Below the pieces are notes generated by a model, which saw only the letters and a program-made list of their open reading frames with translations, made no database searches and had not been told where the DNA came from. A stretch of DNA of 63,346 bases, taken from the NCBI GenBank assembly GCA_046541715.1, contig JBKHCS010000005.1, positions 1 to 63,346 on the forward strand, given 5' to 3'. Each line of letters starts with the position of its first letter. The stretch's first letter is position 1. The translations under genes and the position numbers were made by a program. Origin of the DNA: Spirochaetaceae bacterium (GTDB lineage Bacteria; Spirochaetota; Spirochaetia; DSM-27196; PWMO01). Shown piece after piece: positions 18,195 to 27,395 of this stretch.

Positions 18195-20108
18195 ATGGCT
18201 TCACAGCCGGACCTCGAAGCTAAACTAGGGCGTATTCCGAACTGGCGCAGCGTCTCCTTTAAGAGCAATATTCTCGCAAGCCTCGACAGAGTCCTCGACG
18301 ACGGTGAGGAGATAGAGGACCTCCTCGAGGGTTTCTATCGAGGGGACCATATTGTTTCCTCCGGGTCCGGCGCCCCGGGAATTCTCTGTTTGACGAGCGA
18401 CCGCTTGATATTCCTCTTGAGCGGTGGGAGCAAAGGGATCTGCGACGTTATCGCATTCGAGGATATCGATACCCTCCGCGCCAAACGGCGGGAGACGACG
18501 ACCAAGATTACAATCCTCCACAAAGGTGGAGAGAGTATCCTTACGTCGACCAAGAGGGCAGGGCAGGCCCGTTCCTTTTTACAGAAACTCGAGGAACACC
18601 TCGATAGCGACCGGGTTGCTGCGGAGGTAGACGTCGGTTCCGGCGACAACGGAGTCCCCGAGGCTGATCGCCTGGAGAACCTCGCTTTTCTCCATCAAGA
18701 AGCGCGGAAGATCATCGAGACGGTAAACGAGTACAAGCAGTTCAACAAGGAGCCGACCTTTCTTTCCCGGCTGATCGACGATGTCTTCGGCGTGATGCGG
18801 GCGAGCCTCAAAGGGGTCCCCCGGCAGGTGGAGGAGACACGCCTCTTTGTTTCGATGGTCTTTTCCTACCTCCGGCAGGACGTCGTTCAAGACCGGGAGC
18901 TGGTCCTCGACATCTTGCGTTACGATAGCCTCCCGTTAAAGCATCGCCGGAAGCTTCTGGGATACTGGGATTCGATTTTCAACTCGATTCAGAAGACCGG
19001 GAGGCGCGACCCAAAGGAGTTGCCGGCCCTTGCTTACCTCAAGGAGTACGACTCCCGGGAGAATACGCGGCATTTCGACCGGGTTGCCGCGGTACTCTTG
19101 AGTTTATCTCAGTTGATCGTCAAGGCCGACGGCAGCGTATCGGACCAAGGTACCGAGACCCTCAAGCGTATACGGGAGTTGATCTACGGCGAGGAGGCGA
19201 CGAAGGCTGCGGCCGCCCGGCAGGTCGCAAAATCCCCCCAGAAGAGACAGGTCGGTCAGGCTGTCGCGGAAGAAAGTCTAGAGGAAGTTCTCGAGCGTAT
19301 CGACGGGCTTATCGGAATGAACCGGGTAAAAGAGCAGATCTATACCTTCGTGAACTTTATGAAGGTGCACAAAGAGAGGGAGCGACGAAACCTACCGGTT
19401 ACACCAATTTCGAAGCATGCGGTGTTCTACGGCCCTCCGGGAACCGGAAAGACAACCATCGCGAGGTATCTCGGAAAGGTCTACCGGTGCCTCGGGTTGC
19501 TCGAAAAGGGGCACCTTGTGGAAACCGACCGGGCCGGTTTGGTCGCCGGGTATGTCGGTCAAACGGCGATCCAAGTCGACGAAATCGTCCAGGAGGCCCT
19601 CGACGGTGTCCTCTTCGTCGACGAAGCCTACACCCTGAGCCCCGAAGGGACTGGGAACGATTTCGGTCAGGAAGCCGTGGATACCCTCCTGAAGCGCATG
19701 GAGGATTTCCGGGACCGACTTGTCGTGATCGTGGCCGGCTATCCGGACGAGATGCACCGCTTTATCGACAGCAATCCCGGACTCAAGTCGCGGTTTAGCC
19801 GCTACTTTTTCTTCGATCACTACGAGCCGGACAATCTCTTGGCGATTCTCGACCTCTTTCTCGAAGGTGCCCGACTTACTCTTACGCACCCCGCCCGCCG
19901 GGAGGCGCGGAATCTTCTCGTTCACTTCTACCGCCGCAGGGATAAGAGCTTCGGTAACGGTCGATTCGTCCGCAATCTCTTCGAACGCATCGTGGAGAAG
20001 CAGGCGAACCGGATTTCGACGGTTTCGCCGCTTACCGACGAGGTTCTCTGCTCTATCACCAAGCCGGATATTCCGACGATAGAAGAGTGCAGCACCACGA
20101 TTATGTGA
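18195..20108 (+). CDS. AAA+ ATPase of CbxX/CfxQ/SpoVK type with N-terminal bacterial-PH-like and central TerB-like segments
   Basis: GPPGTGKTT (Walker A), VLFVDEAYTL (Walker B), VIVAGYPDEM. N-terminus GILCLTSDRLIFLLSG...ITILHKGGE is bPH-like. Centre LSLSQLIVKADGSVSDQGTETLKRIRELIYG is TerB-like. Confidence 0.85.
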   Translation: MASQPDLEAKLGRIPNWRSVSFKSNILASLDRVLDDGEEIEDLLEGFYRGDHIVSSGSGAPGILCLTSDRLIFLLSGGSKGICDVIAFEDIDTLRAKRRETTTKITILHKGGESILTSTKRAGQARSFLQKLEEHLDSDRVAAEVDVGSGDNGVPEADRLENLAFLHQEARKIIETVNEYKQFNKEPTFLSRLIDDVFGVMRASLKGVPRQVEETRLFVSMVFSYLRQDVVQDRELVLDILRYDSLPLKHRRKLLGYWDSIFNSIQKTGRRDPKELPALAYLKEYDSRENTRHFDRVAAVLLSLSQLIVKADGSVSDQGTETLKRIRELIYGEEATKAAAARQVAKSPQKRQVGQAVAEESLEEVLERIDGLIGMNRVKEQIYTFVNFMKVHKERERRNLPVTPISKHAVFYGPPGTGKTTIARYLGKVYRCLGLLEKGHLVETDRAGLVAGYVGQTAIQVDEIVQEALDGVLFVDEAYTLSPEGTGNDFGQEAVDTLLKRMEDFRDRLVVIVAGYPDEMHRFIDSNPGLKSRFSRYFFFDHYEPDNLLAILDLFLEGARLTLTHPARREARNLLVHFYRRRDKSFGNGRFVRNLFERIVEKQANRISTVSPLTDEVLCSITKPDIPTIEECSTTIM

Positions 20109-20169
20109 CGCCATTGGGAGGACAGATCCCAAAGTATGTGATATTTTGGAGATCGTGCGGAGTAGATAA

Positions 20170-21828
20170 ATGAGCATTAGGGTCAAAATTGTCCTTGTCG
20201 TACTGCCCCTCCTCGTCGTTACTCTGGTTCTGGCGGGAAGTGCTTCGTATTTTATGGCGTCGACCGGGATTACACGGATCGCGAAAGACTTTCTCGGTTT
20301 CAAAGCTTCGGAGTTGGAGAAGTACGCCGCCGGGCAGTGGCTTCTGTTGGTGCAAAACGACCTGACCGGCCAATCGGAGATGGTCGAGGCGACCCAAGCC
20401 GCGGTAGCCGGTTTCGCCGGGGGCATGGTCCGGAGCGAGACCGAGTTGATGTTCGCCCTAGGCCCTTCCGGGGATACTGCCTTCTCGACCCAACCGTTTG
20501 AGCTTTCCCCGGGAGAGGGGCGGGCTTTGAAGGAGCTCTTTACCGGCGAGCGTCTCGAATTGCGTACAATCGAGCTTGCAGGCGTACAGCGGGTGGCCCG
20601 AGGTTTCTACTTCGAACCCTACGACTGGTACGTCTTCGTTACCGAAACCCGGGATGCCTTCTACTCCGACGTCGACCGCATCACCACTCAAACCATCTAC
20701 ATCGTCGTCGGAGCGAGTCTCGTATCGGTTCTTCTCCTGTTAGTTTTTGCCAATCGCCTGATCCGGCCCCTCAGCAGAGTCGCCGACACGATGAGGACCA
20801 TCATTACGTCTAACGACCTTTCGTCCCGGGTGCCGGTCGAGTTCAAGGACGAAACGGGGACATTGGCACATACCTTCAACCTTATGGTCGGTGAGCTGGA
20901 TAAAGCCTACTCGCAGGTCAAGAACTACGCGCTCCGGGCGGTTATCGCCCAGAAGAAAGAGGCAAAGATTCGCCAAATCTTCCAGAAGTACGTGCCCCAG
21001 GAGCTTATCGACCAGTTTTTTGAGAACCCGGAAGCCATGCTCGTCGGCGATAACCGGGTTCTGAGTATCCTTTTCTCCGATATTCGAAGTTTTTCCAGCA
21101 TCTCGGAAGGCATCATGCCGGATCAGTTGGTGCAGTCTCTCAACGCGTATTTTTCGGTAATGGTCGACATCATCATGAATCGCCGGGGAATCGTCGATAA
21201 GTACATCGGCGATGCGATCATGGCTTTCTTCGGGGCTCCGGTTAAGCGAGAGGATGACGCCCTTCAGTCGGTCCTCGCGGGGATAGAAATGATCAAGGGG
21301 GTGGAAACGTTCAACAGGAATCAGGAGGCGGCGGGGCTCCCCCCGTTCCACACGGGGGTCGGAATAAACTACGGCGTCGTCACGGTCGGAAACATTGGGA
21401 CCGACCGGAAGATGGACTACACGGTAATCGGCGACATGGTCAACCTTGCCTCGCGTCTCGAGGGACTGACGAAATACTACAAACAGCCGCTGATTATCTC
21501 GGAGAGCCTCCAAGCCAAAGTCAAGGACCAGGTTCCGTGCCGCCTCCTCGATACCGTCGCGGTTAAGGGAAAGAAGTCGGGAACGCGCATCTACACGGCC
21601 AAAGACGATCTTACCGCCGGCGAAGAAGAGCTTTGGAAGATCCACAACCGGGCGATGGATCTCTACTACGAGCGCAATTTTTCTGAAGCCGAACAGCTCC
21701 TCCTGCGGGCCTTATCCCTGGCCCCGAAGGATAGCGCGGCTGCTCTTATCCTCGAGCGTTGTCGAATATACGCAGAGAATCCACCGGGAAAAGAATGGAA
21801 TGGCATCCACATCATGGACTCGAAGTAG
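20170..21828 (+). CDS. Membrane sensor class III adenylate/guanylate cyclase (periplasmic Cache-like domain, HAMP, cyclase, C-terminal TPR-like)
   Basis: Two TM segments bracket about 170 aa. HAMP segment LIRPLSRVADTMRTII...ETGTLAHTFNLMV. Cyclase motifs ILFSDIRSFSS, IGDAIMAFFGAP, GDMVNLASRLEG. Confidence 0.9.
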   Translation: MSIRVKIVLVVLPLLVVTLVLAGSASYFMASTGITRIAKDFLGFKASELEKYAAGQWLLLVQNDLTGQSEMVEATQAAVAGFAGGMVRSETELMFALGPSGDTAFSTQPFELSPGEGRALKELFTGERLELRTIELAGVQRVARGFYFEPYDWYVFVTETRDAFYSDVDRITTQTIYIVVGASLVSVLLLLVFANRLIRPLSRVADTMRTIITSNDLSSRVPVEFKDETGTLAHTFNLMVGELDKAYSQVKNYALRAVIAQKKEAKIRQIFQKYVPQELIDQFFENPEAMLVGDNRVLSILFSDIRSFSSISEGIMPDQLVQSLNAYFSVMVDIIMNRRGIVDKYIGDAIMAFFGAPVKREDDALQSVLAGIEMIKGVETFNRNQEAAGLPPFHTGVGINYGVVTVGNIGTDRKMDYTVIGDMVNLASRLEGLTKYYKQPLIISESLQAKVKDQVPCRLLDTVAVKGKKSGTRIYTAKDDLTAGEEELWKIHNRAMDLYYERNFSEAEQLLLRALSLAPKDSAAALILERCRIYAENPPGKEWNGIHIMDSK

Positions 21829-23023
21829 GGGTCTACCCTTCTTCCACGCGTTTCTCCATCTCTCTTTCGCCCTTGGGATAACCCTTTCGGCATCGAGCCA
21901 AGAGCTGGCTCTCCCGCGACCCGTGCTCCTCTATAACGACGACCCGTCGGTAGACACGAAGCCTATCGAGGACGTTGTTCTCCGGGAGTTGGAGCGCCGG
22001 CTCTCCGAAGACCAGATTGAGTACCTCGTCCTCGACGACGGCTTTTCTACCGAGGACACCCCGGCGGAAACGATTCTGGTGTCGGAGTTCGGTATCGCCG
22101 AGGATCGGCTCTACCTCTTTCTGACCCTGAGAAGCTTTGATACCGGCGCGACCCTCGGGGGTGCAGCCGGCCGCTTTACCGTAGATATCGGTCTCTTTAA
22201 CCAGGTAGCCCGGCTCTACGAAGAAATCAACCCAAGGGTCGCGCTGCAGAGTTCCCCGGCCGGCGATGAGACCGCCGCGGCAGAGCCTGCCGAAGAAGGC
22301 CCGTCCCTGGTGTCCGCGGTCCGGTTTGTCTCTCCCCAAGATGGAGTAGAAGTCCGCCGAGGGGGGGATGGACAACTCTTGGGAATTACCGACGGCGGCG
22401 AGGTGGTAACCGACTATCTTGTTCTTGGGGCCGGCGAGGAGTTGCCCTTGCTCCTCGAGCGGCGGGGCTTCTATCCCAAGGAGATTACGGTGAAGCTTGG
22501 TCCGACGCGGGAGGATCCCATCGTGCTGCCGGCTCTCGATCGGGCCACCAGGGTAGCGACATACCTTGGGTGGAGTCCCCAACAGGTCCTTGGTCTATCC
22601 CTCGGAGCTCGGTACTACCTGCAACCCGACGTGTCGTTTCTACAGCTCGAAGCACTCTATCACCTCCAACGGGATTTCAACGCTGAGTCGACCGGAAGCA
22701 GCTCCCATTTCGACACCCGCTTGGCCGGCGGCCGTTACCTTCTGCTCGGTTATTCGTCCTGGTTTCGAGTCTCCCTAGAGGCGGCCGTCGGGGTGATCTA
22801 CACCTCCTTTCCGGCCAAAGAGCTCGAAGCTTACATAGACCCGTACGTAACCCCCGTTGCACTCTCTTTAGAGGCGAACGGGTCGAATGTCTCGGTTTTT
22901 GCGCGCTTCGAAACACGCTTTGCGCTTTCCGGAGCGAAGGCATTCTTTCCTCCGGGCGTTATAGAGGTCCCTGGGCAGGACCTGCCGATTATCTCGACTC
23001 TAGGGGTGTTGTCGAAGTGGTAA
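21800..23023 (+). CDS. Signal-peptide envelope protein with PEGA-like middle and beta-barrel-like C-terminal half (hypothetical)
   Basis: The ATG at 21800 overlaps the cyclase 3' end by 29 nt. N-terminus RSRGLPFFHAFLHLSFALGITLSASS. C-terminal alternating hydrophobic strands, ending in W. No known family assigned. Confidence 0.5.
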   Translation: MASTSWTRSRGLPFFHAFLHLSFALGITLSASSQELALPRPVLLYNDDPSVDTKPIEDVVLRELERRLSEDQIEYLVLDDGFSTEDTPAETILVSEFGIAEDRLYLFLTLRSFDTGATLGGAAGRFTVDIGLFNQVARLYEEINPRVALQSSPAGDETAAAEPAEEGPSLVSAVRFVSPQDGVEVRRGGDGQLLGITDGGEVVTDYLVLGAGEELPLLLERRGFYPKEITVKLGPTREDPIVLPALDRATRVATYLGWSPQQVLGLSLGARYYLQPDVSFLQLEALYHLQRDFNAESTGSSSHFDTRLAGGRYLLLGYSSWFRVSLEAAVGVIYTSFPAKELEAYIDPYVTPVALSLEANGSNVSVFARFETRFALSGAKAFFPPGVIEVPGQDLPIISTLGVLSKW

Positions 23024-24270
23024 AGAAAAGGGCGACCTGCCGCGTCTTCTTGCCGGCGTGCCTACTCCTGTTTCTCCTGGGGACCGGTTCCTACCAGGCG
23101 CTGGGGGCGTCTCCCGGCGGTACGACCGGAGGCAGGGTTGTTGCGGTGTTCTTTTCGGTGGATACGGAGCAAGAGGTTCCGACGACCCGGGGAACCGAAG
23201 AGGCGAATCTCTTACGTTCCGGGCTCTTTACCAGCTTGGCGGCCAACCTCGACGGCTACTCCTTCGTCCTTCTCGGAAACACCGTCCCGGAACGACGGGA
23301 CGGAGCTGCGGTCGCTGCCGGAAGCGATGCCTGGATTGCGGCAACTCTCGCCCGGGGACCGACGACAATCGACGTCCGTGTCACCGTAAAGGATCTCTAC
23401 TACGAGAATCCAGGGGCGGCTCTAGAATACCAGATTCCGGTGGGTGCCGCGTTCAGAGGAAACACCGGTCGCTACTGGTTTCCGGCGGTAGATTTTGTCG
23501 AGTCCCGTCTTCTTTCTTCCGAGTACGAGACGCTGCTGGTCGTTTCCGGCGTCCCGGGTACCACGATAACCGGCCTTGGTAGAGAAACCTTGCTCATCGG
23601 CGACAACGGAAACCTTGGAGTACATCTTCCTTTTGGGGAAGTATTCGATTACCGTAGCGATGCCAAAGGCTATCACCCTGTCGACGGGGAGCTTAGGACC
23701 ACTTCGCCTGAGGCCCGGCTTTTCCTCAGCCAGCCGCCGAGGGGAAGATTTACCTACGAGGCGTTCCTGACGGGGTTCAGTTACCCCGGCGCCGGGGCGT
23801 CCATCCATCTCGTGCCGGCCTGGAGCATGGTTCGTCTCGATCTCTTTACCTACGCGTTCGGTATCGTTCCTTACGCCGAAGTGGGAGGCGAAGAGGGCAG
23901 ACTCGTCGAGAGCGATCCGGTCTCCCATTTGACTGCCTGGCTTCTCCAACACCTACTCCCGACGGCAAGACGCTTGCGTCCCTATGTCGGGGTGGGGGGC
24001 AGCGTCCGGATGTTCCACACCGGTGGCATGTTACGGCCCGAGCCGGTCTCGCCCTACGGTGCTACCGCGTTACTTGGGCTCGAGGCCCCTGGGGGATACG
24101 GTGCCTGGTTTTTCGAGTATGCGCCGCTTTTCTACTTTGTCGACGAGCCGGATCTGTGGAACGATCAGTTTTCCAGCGGCCGGCTGGGTTACCTGAGAAT
24201 AGGGGATAACGCACTGGATTTAATGATGGTTCGTTTCGGATTTCGGGTTACGCCTCCGGGATGGCGATAG
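23017..24270 (+). CDS. Signal-peptide envelope protein, same architecture as the preceding gene (hypothetical)
   Basis: The GTG at 23017 overlaps the previous stop by 7 nt. Signal peptide KKRATCRVFLPACLLLFLLGTGSYQALGA. PEGA-like segment VSGVPGTTITGLG...GYHPV. Strand-like C-terminal half. Confidence 0.5.
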   Translation: MVKKRATCRVFLPACLLLFLLGTGSYQALGASPGGTTGGRVVAVFFSVDTEQEVPTTRGTEEANLLRSGLFTSLAANLDGYSFVLLGNTVPERRDGAAVAAGSDAWIAATLARGPTTIDVRVTVKDLYYENPGAALEYQIPVGAAFRGNTGRYWFPAVDFVESRLLSSEYETLLVVSGVPGTTITGLGRETLLIGDNGNLGVHLPFGEVFDYRSDAKGYHPVDGELRTTSPEARLFLSQPPRGRFTYEAFLTGFSYPGAGASIHLVPAWSMVRLDLFTYAFGIVPYAEVGGEEGRLVESDPVSHLTAWLLQHLLPTARRLRPYVGVGGSVRMFHTGGMLRPEPVSPYGATALLGLEAPGGYGAWFFEYAPLFYFVDEPDLWNDQFSSGRLGYLRIGDNALDLMMVRFGFRVTPPGWR

Positions 24271-24274
24271 AAGG

Positions 24275-26509
24275 CTATTCTTCGACGAAGGAGAGAAGCT
24301 CTCGAATAAACTCCTGCATTCTGGGATCACTACTGTTCTCGAGCTCCCGGGTCAGATAGCGCCGGCGTTCTTCCTCGTCGGTCATGCTGCTCAGGTTGAA
24401 CACCAAGTCGCCGGCTTCGAGGAGGGCATTGCTTCGGCCGGATGCTTCGAAGGCTCGATCGTATTCACGGATAGTATCCCCGAGGCCCGGAAGCACTTCG
24501 CGTACGGTTTCCTCCTGAAGAAAGTCGTCGAGATAGAGCTTCGCGGCGATTCTTCCCGCCTCTTCGTCTTCCCGGAGGGTCTCTGCCTCTCGTTCTCGAT
24601 ACTCCGTATAGGCGGTCCGGAGGCGCTCGAGACGCGCCGCCGCGGCCTCGGCCTCGGGAGTAGAGCTCTCTACCGCGGACGGCGGCAGTTCCGTGACCGG
24701 GACAGCGGGCTCCTGGTTGTCCTGTTGGAGGGACGCCACTTCGGCTTCCATCCGGTCTAAGCTCTCTTCCAAATCACCTATCTGAGCTCTCAAGCGTGAC
24801 ACAAGGTCCTCGTTACTCCGGAGCGCGATTCGCTCGGAGGCAATGGCCTCCTCCAAACCGCCGAGGGCATCGTCCCGATAGGCGCTTTGGGGATACTCCT
24901 CGAGAAGCCGAAGAAAGGCGGCGATCGCCTGCCGATTCTGTTCATCTTCAAGGGCGGTGCGTCCGTCTCGGAGGAGAGGCTCAGAAGAAGCGGTCTGCAC
25001 GGCCACTGTCTGCTCTTCGTTGAGGAGAAGAGAGAGCCGTCCTATTTCCGACACTACCGACCCCAGACCCGGGTCGTCGCTCGGCAAAAGAGAAACCGCG
25101 TTCTGGTACTCGGCGAGGGCCTGTTGATATCGCTGTTCCGCCGCAGCTTGTCGAGCCCGCTCGAGAGCAGCGCCGGTTCTCTGTGCTTCTTGGAGGTCCG
25201 CCCTCCGCAGTTCGGCCTCGAAGCCGGCTTGCCGCTGCGAAAGTAAGTATTCGTGTCCCTCGGACAGGGCGGGAATTACGTTCAAGGCTTCCACATAGAG
25301 GCTCTCAGCGGTGGCACTATCGCCGTCGATTGCCGCCTGGTTACCGCGGTTCACCAATTCGGTAACCTGCTGTATCTGTCGCGCCGCCGCGAGGACCGAA
25401 CCGCTTGACTCGGAGCGAGACTGACGTTCTTCGACGAGCTGACGGAGGGAGTTGACAACAAAGCGTTCGGTTGCCTGCCGCTCTTGAATTAGGGGAATCT
25501 CCTGAAGGGTAGGGTCGTTCAGGTAGGTCTCGAGAGCATCGAGCCTTTCGAGGGCGCTGTCGTATTCTGCGGCGCGAATATCATCCCGGATACTACTATA
25601 GAAACCGACGATTTGCGCCGAGACTTGGCTCTCTCTCTCCTGTAACTCCGCGAGGTTCGACAAACGACCCTGCGCCTCCGAGAGCTGTGCCTCTTGGGCG
25701 GAAAGAGCCTCTGCGGCCTGAGCCTCTATCTCCGCCTCCCGGGCGGCGACCTCTTCCTGGAGCGCGGCCCGCTCCCCCTCGAGGGCGGAGAGCTGCCGCT
25801 CGAACTCGTCTTCGAGGCGCGAAAGATTCTCTTCGAGTTGCCGACGTTCGGCGGCGGCTTCTGCTTCCAAGGCCGCGAGCTCTTCTTCGAAGAGGGCTTG
25901 CCGGGATTCCTCGAACCCCCGTAATTCTTCCTCGAGTTGGGCTTCCGAAACGCCTTGGTCCAGGAGACGTTGCCGCTCGGCGCTCAATTCCGCATTTAGT
26001 CGTTCCCGGAGAGCCCGTTCCCGGGAGGCGATCTCCGATTCGAGATTCGCCTCGAGAGATTGTCGCTCCGCCTCCATCCTGCTGAGGCGGAGCTGAATAT
26101 CGCCTATCTGTGCCTCCTTCGCGGCGAGCTCTTCTTCGGACTGCCGGCGAAGGGCCTCGATAAGCGCGTTTTCCGCAGTCTGAAAGGCCGAGGGCTCGGA
26201 GACCAAAGTACGTTCCTGCTCTTGAAAATAGAGGGATAGACCGTAGACGCCCCCGAGGGCGATAAGGAGACCAAAAAGATTGACGAGAAGCGGAAGAAGG
26301 AGGCCCCGGCGTTGAGCGGAAATTCGGAAAGTGTCCTCGTCTACCCGGATCTTGTTTTCCGCGGCAATCTTATCTATTTCGGAGAGAATCTCGTCCTCCC
26401 CGGCAACCGGCGCCTCGGAAGATGGCTGCGCCAATTCCTCGGGATCGAAGGTGCCCGGTAGGCGATGAGTACGGCGATAGTGGTCTGAACGCTTAAGAAG
26501 CCCCGACAC
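24275..26509 (-). CDS. Single-pass membrane protein with very long coiled coil and TPR-like C-terminal region (hypothetical)
   Basis: GTG start. TM segment LLLPLLVNLFGLLIALGGVYGLSLYF. About 250 aa of E/A/R/L/Q heptad-rich sequence, then TPR/YbgF-like helices (LLEEYPQSAYRDDALGGL). Confidence 0.6.
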   Translation of the reverse strand: MSGLLKRSDHYRRTHRLPGTFDPEELAQPSSEAPVAGEDEILSEIDKIAAENKIRVDEDTFRISAQRRGLLLPLLVNLFGLLIALGGVYGLSLYFQEQERTLVSEPSAFQTAENALIEALRRQSEEELAAKEAQIGDIQLRLSRMEAERQSLEANLESEIASRERALRERLNAELSAERQRLLDQGVSEAQLEEELRGFEESRQALFEEELAALEAEAAAERRQLEENLSRLEDEFERQLSALEGERAALQEEVAAREAEIEAQAAEALSAQEAQLSEAQGRLSNLAELQERESQVSAQIVGFYSSIRDDIRAAEYDSALERLDALETYLNDPTLQEIPLIQERQATERFVVNSLRQLVEERQSRSESSGSVLAAARQIQQVTELVNRGNQAAIDGDSATAESLYVEALNVIPALSEGHEYLLSQRQAGFEAELRRADLQEAQRTGAALERARQAAAEQRYQQALAEYQNAVSLLPSDDPGLGSVVSEIGRLSLLLNEEQTVAVQTASSEPLLRDGRTALEDEQNRQAIAAFLRLLEEYPQSAYRDDALGGLEEAIASERIALRSNEDLVSRLRAQIGDLEESLDRMEAEVASLQQDNQEPAVPVTELPPSAVESSTPEAEAAAARLERLRTAYTEYREREAETLREDEEAGRIAAKLYLDDFLQEETVREVLPGLGDTIREYDRAFEASGRSNALLEAGDLVFNLSSMTDEEERRRYLTRELENSSDPRMQEFIRELLSFVEE

Positions 26510-26623
26510 AGCCTTAGTTATACCAATTAATCCAATATCTAGTAAACATCCGAGGAACTACCTCCCCGTATTGATCATCGGCCTGGTGGTCTATGCGCTG
26601 AAGCGGCAGTTCAATCGAAAATG

Positions 26624-27388
26624 TCAGTTAAGGCTTATCTCTTCACCGAGAGAAAAGGTAAAGACATCCTCGTCGAGAGAGGGAATCTCCGGTTGCTCAT
26701 CGTCCCCGAGTAGAACTTGCACCAGGGCGTCGTTTACGATTCTCTCGATGATCTCCTCGGCCTTCGGAGAAAGACGGACAAAACGGATGCCAAACCCGTC
26801 TGGGAGCGTGCTCGAGGCTTGCCGGGGGTTTAGGATCTCGCACTGGGTAGAGAGGGAAAAGTTACCGAAACGGATGGTAATCTCTTCGACGGATCCGGGG
26901 TCCGGATTCCGGCCGCTTCGCTCGAGAAAAGCTCCCCCTGCGCTCAAGGCTCGTATCCGGTGGGTTGCGTGTTGTGAAGGGGCCGGTCCGAGGGTGGCCT
27001 GGAGCGGCCAATCGAAACGGTTGAATTGCCGACGGTCGGGTTGGGCTCGAGGAACGATGGCCTCTCGAAGGGAGTTTAGTATTTGCTCCTCCGACTGCTC
27101 GATAGGTACCAACACCGCCCCCTTTGGGAGTGGAAAGGGAAGCTCCGCCGGGTCGGTGACCACCGCCACGACGATGGTTGGGAAGAGCCGCACGAAAGAA
27201 CGTAAAAGCCTGCCATCTTCGTCGATTGCCCCGTTAAGCTCTACAACAACCGAAACAACATTCTTCCGGTGGACGACGTGCTCAACCAGACGCGCTGTGG
27301 TTTCTGCTACAACTACTTCCCGTTGCGGCGCGGCCGCCTTCACGATTTCCGGGGAAATGGCCCGGGCGTAGAGGATAACTGTTTCCAT
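26624..27388 (-). CDS. Pseudo-receiver + PilZ domain protein (putative c-di-GMP receptor)
   Basis: ORF trimmed to the ATG at 27388 (METVILYAR). The N-terminal REC-like fold lacks the acidic pocket (VVVELNG where D is expected). PilZ motifs RRQFNR (RxxxR), then ALSAGGAF (xxSxGG) about 26 residues later. Confidence 0.65.
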   Translation of the reverse strand: METVILYARAISPEIVKAAAPQREVVVAETTARLVEHVVHRKNVVSVVVELNGAIDEDGRLLRSFVRLFPTIVVAVVTDPAELPFPLPKGAVLVPIEQSEEQILNSLREAIVPRAQPDRRQFNRFDWPLQATLGPAPSQHATHRIRALSAGGAFLERSGRNPDPGSVEEITIRFGNFSLSTQCEILNPRQASSTLPDGFGIRFVRLSPKAEEIIERIVNDALVQVLLGDDEQPEIPSLDEDVFTFSLGEEISLN

Positions 27389-27395
27389 AGCTCGA

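Noticed and set aside
24275-26509. Repetitive-looking DNA (recurring gagctc/ctcgag, gaggc, cgcc strings) that could suggest a repeat array or CRISPR
   Set aside because: There are no regularly spaced identical repeats. The periodicity comes from Glu/Ala/Leu/Arg codons of a continuous 744-codon coiled-coil ORF.
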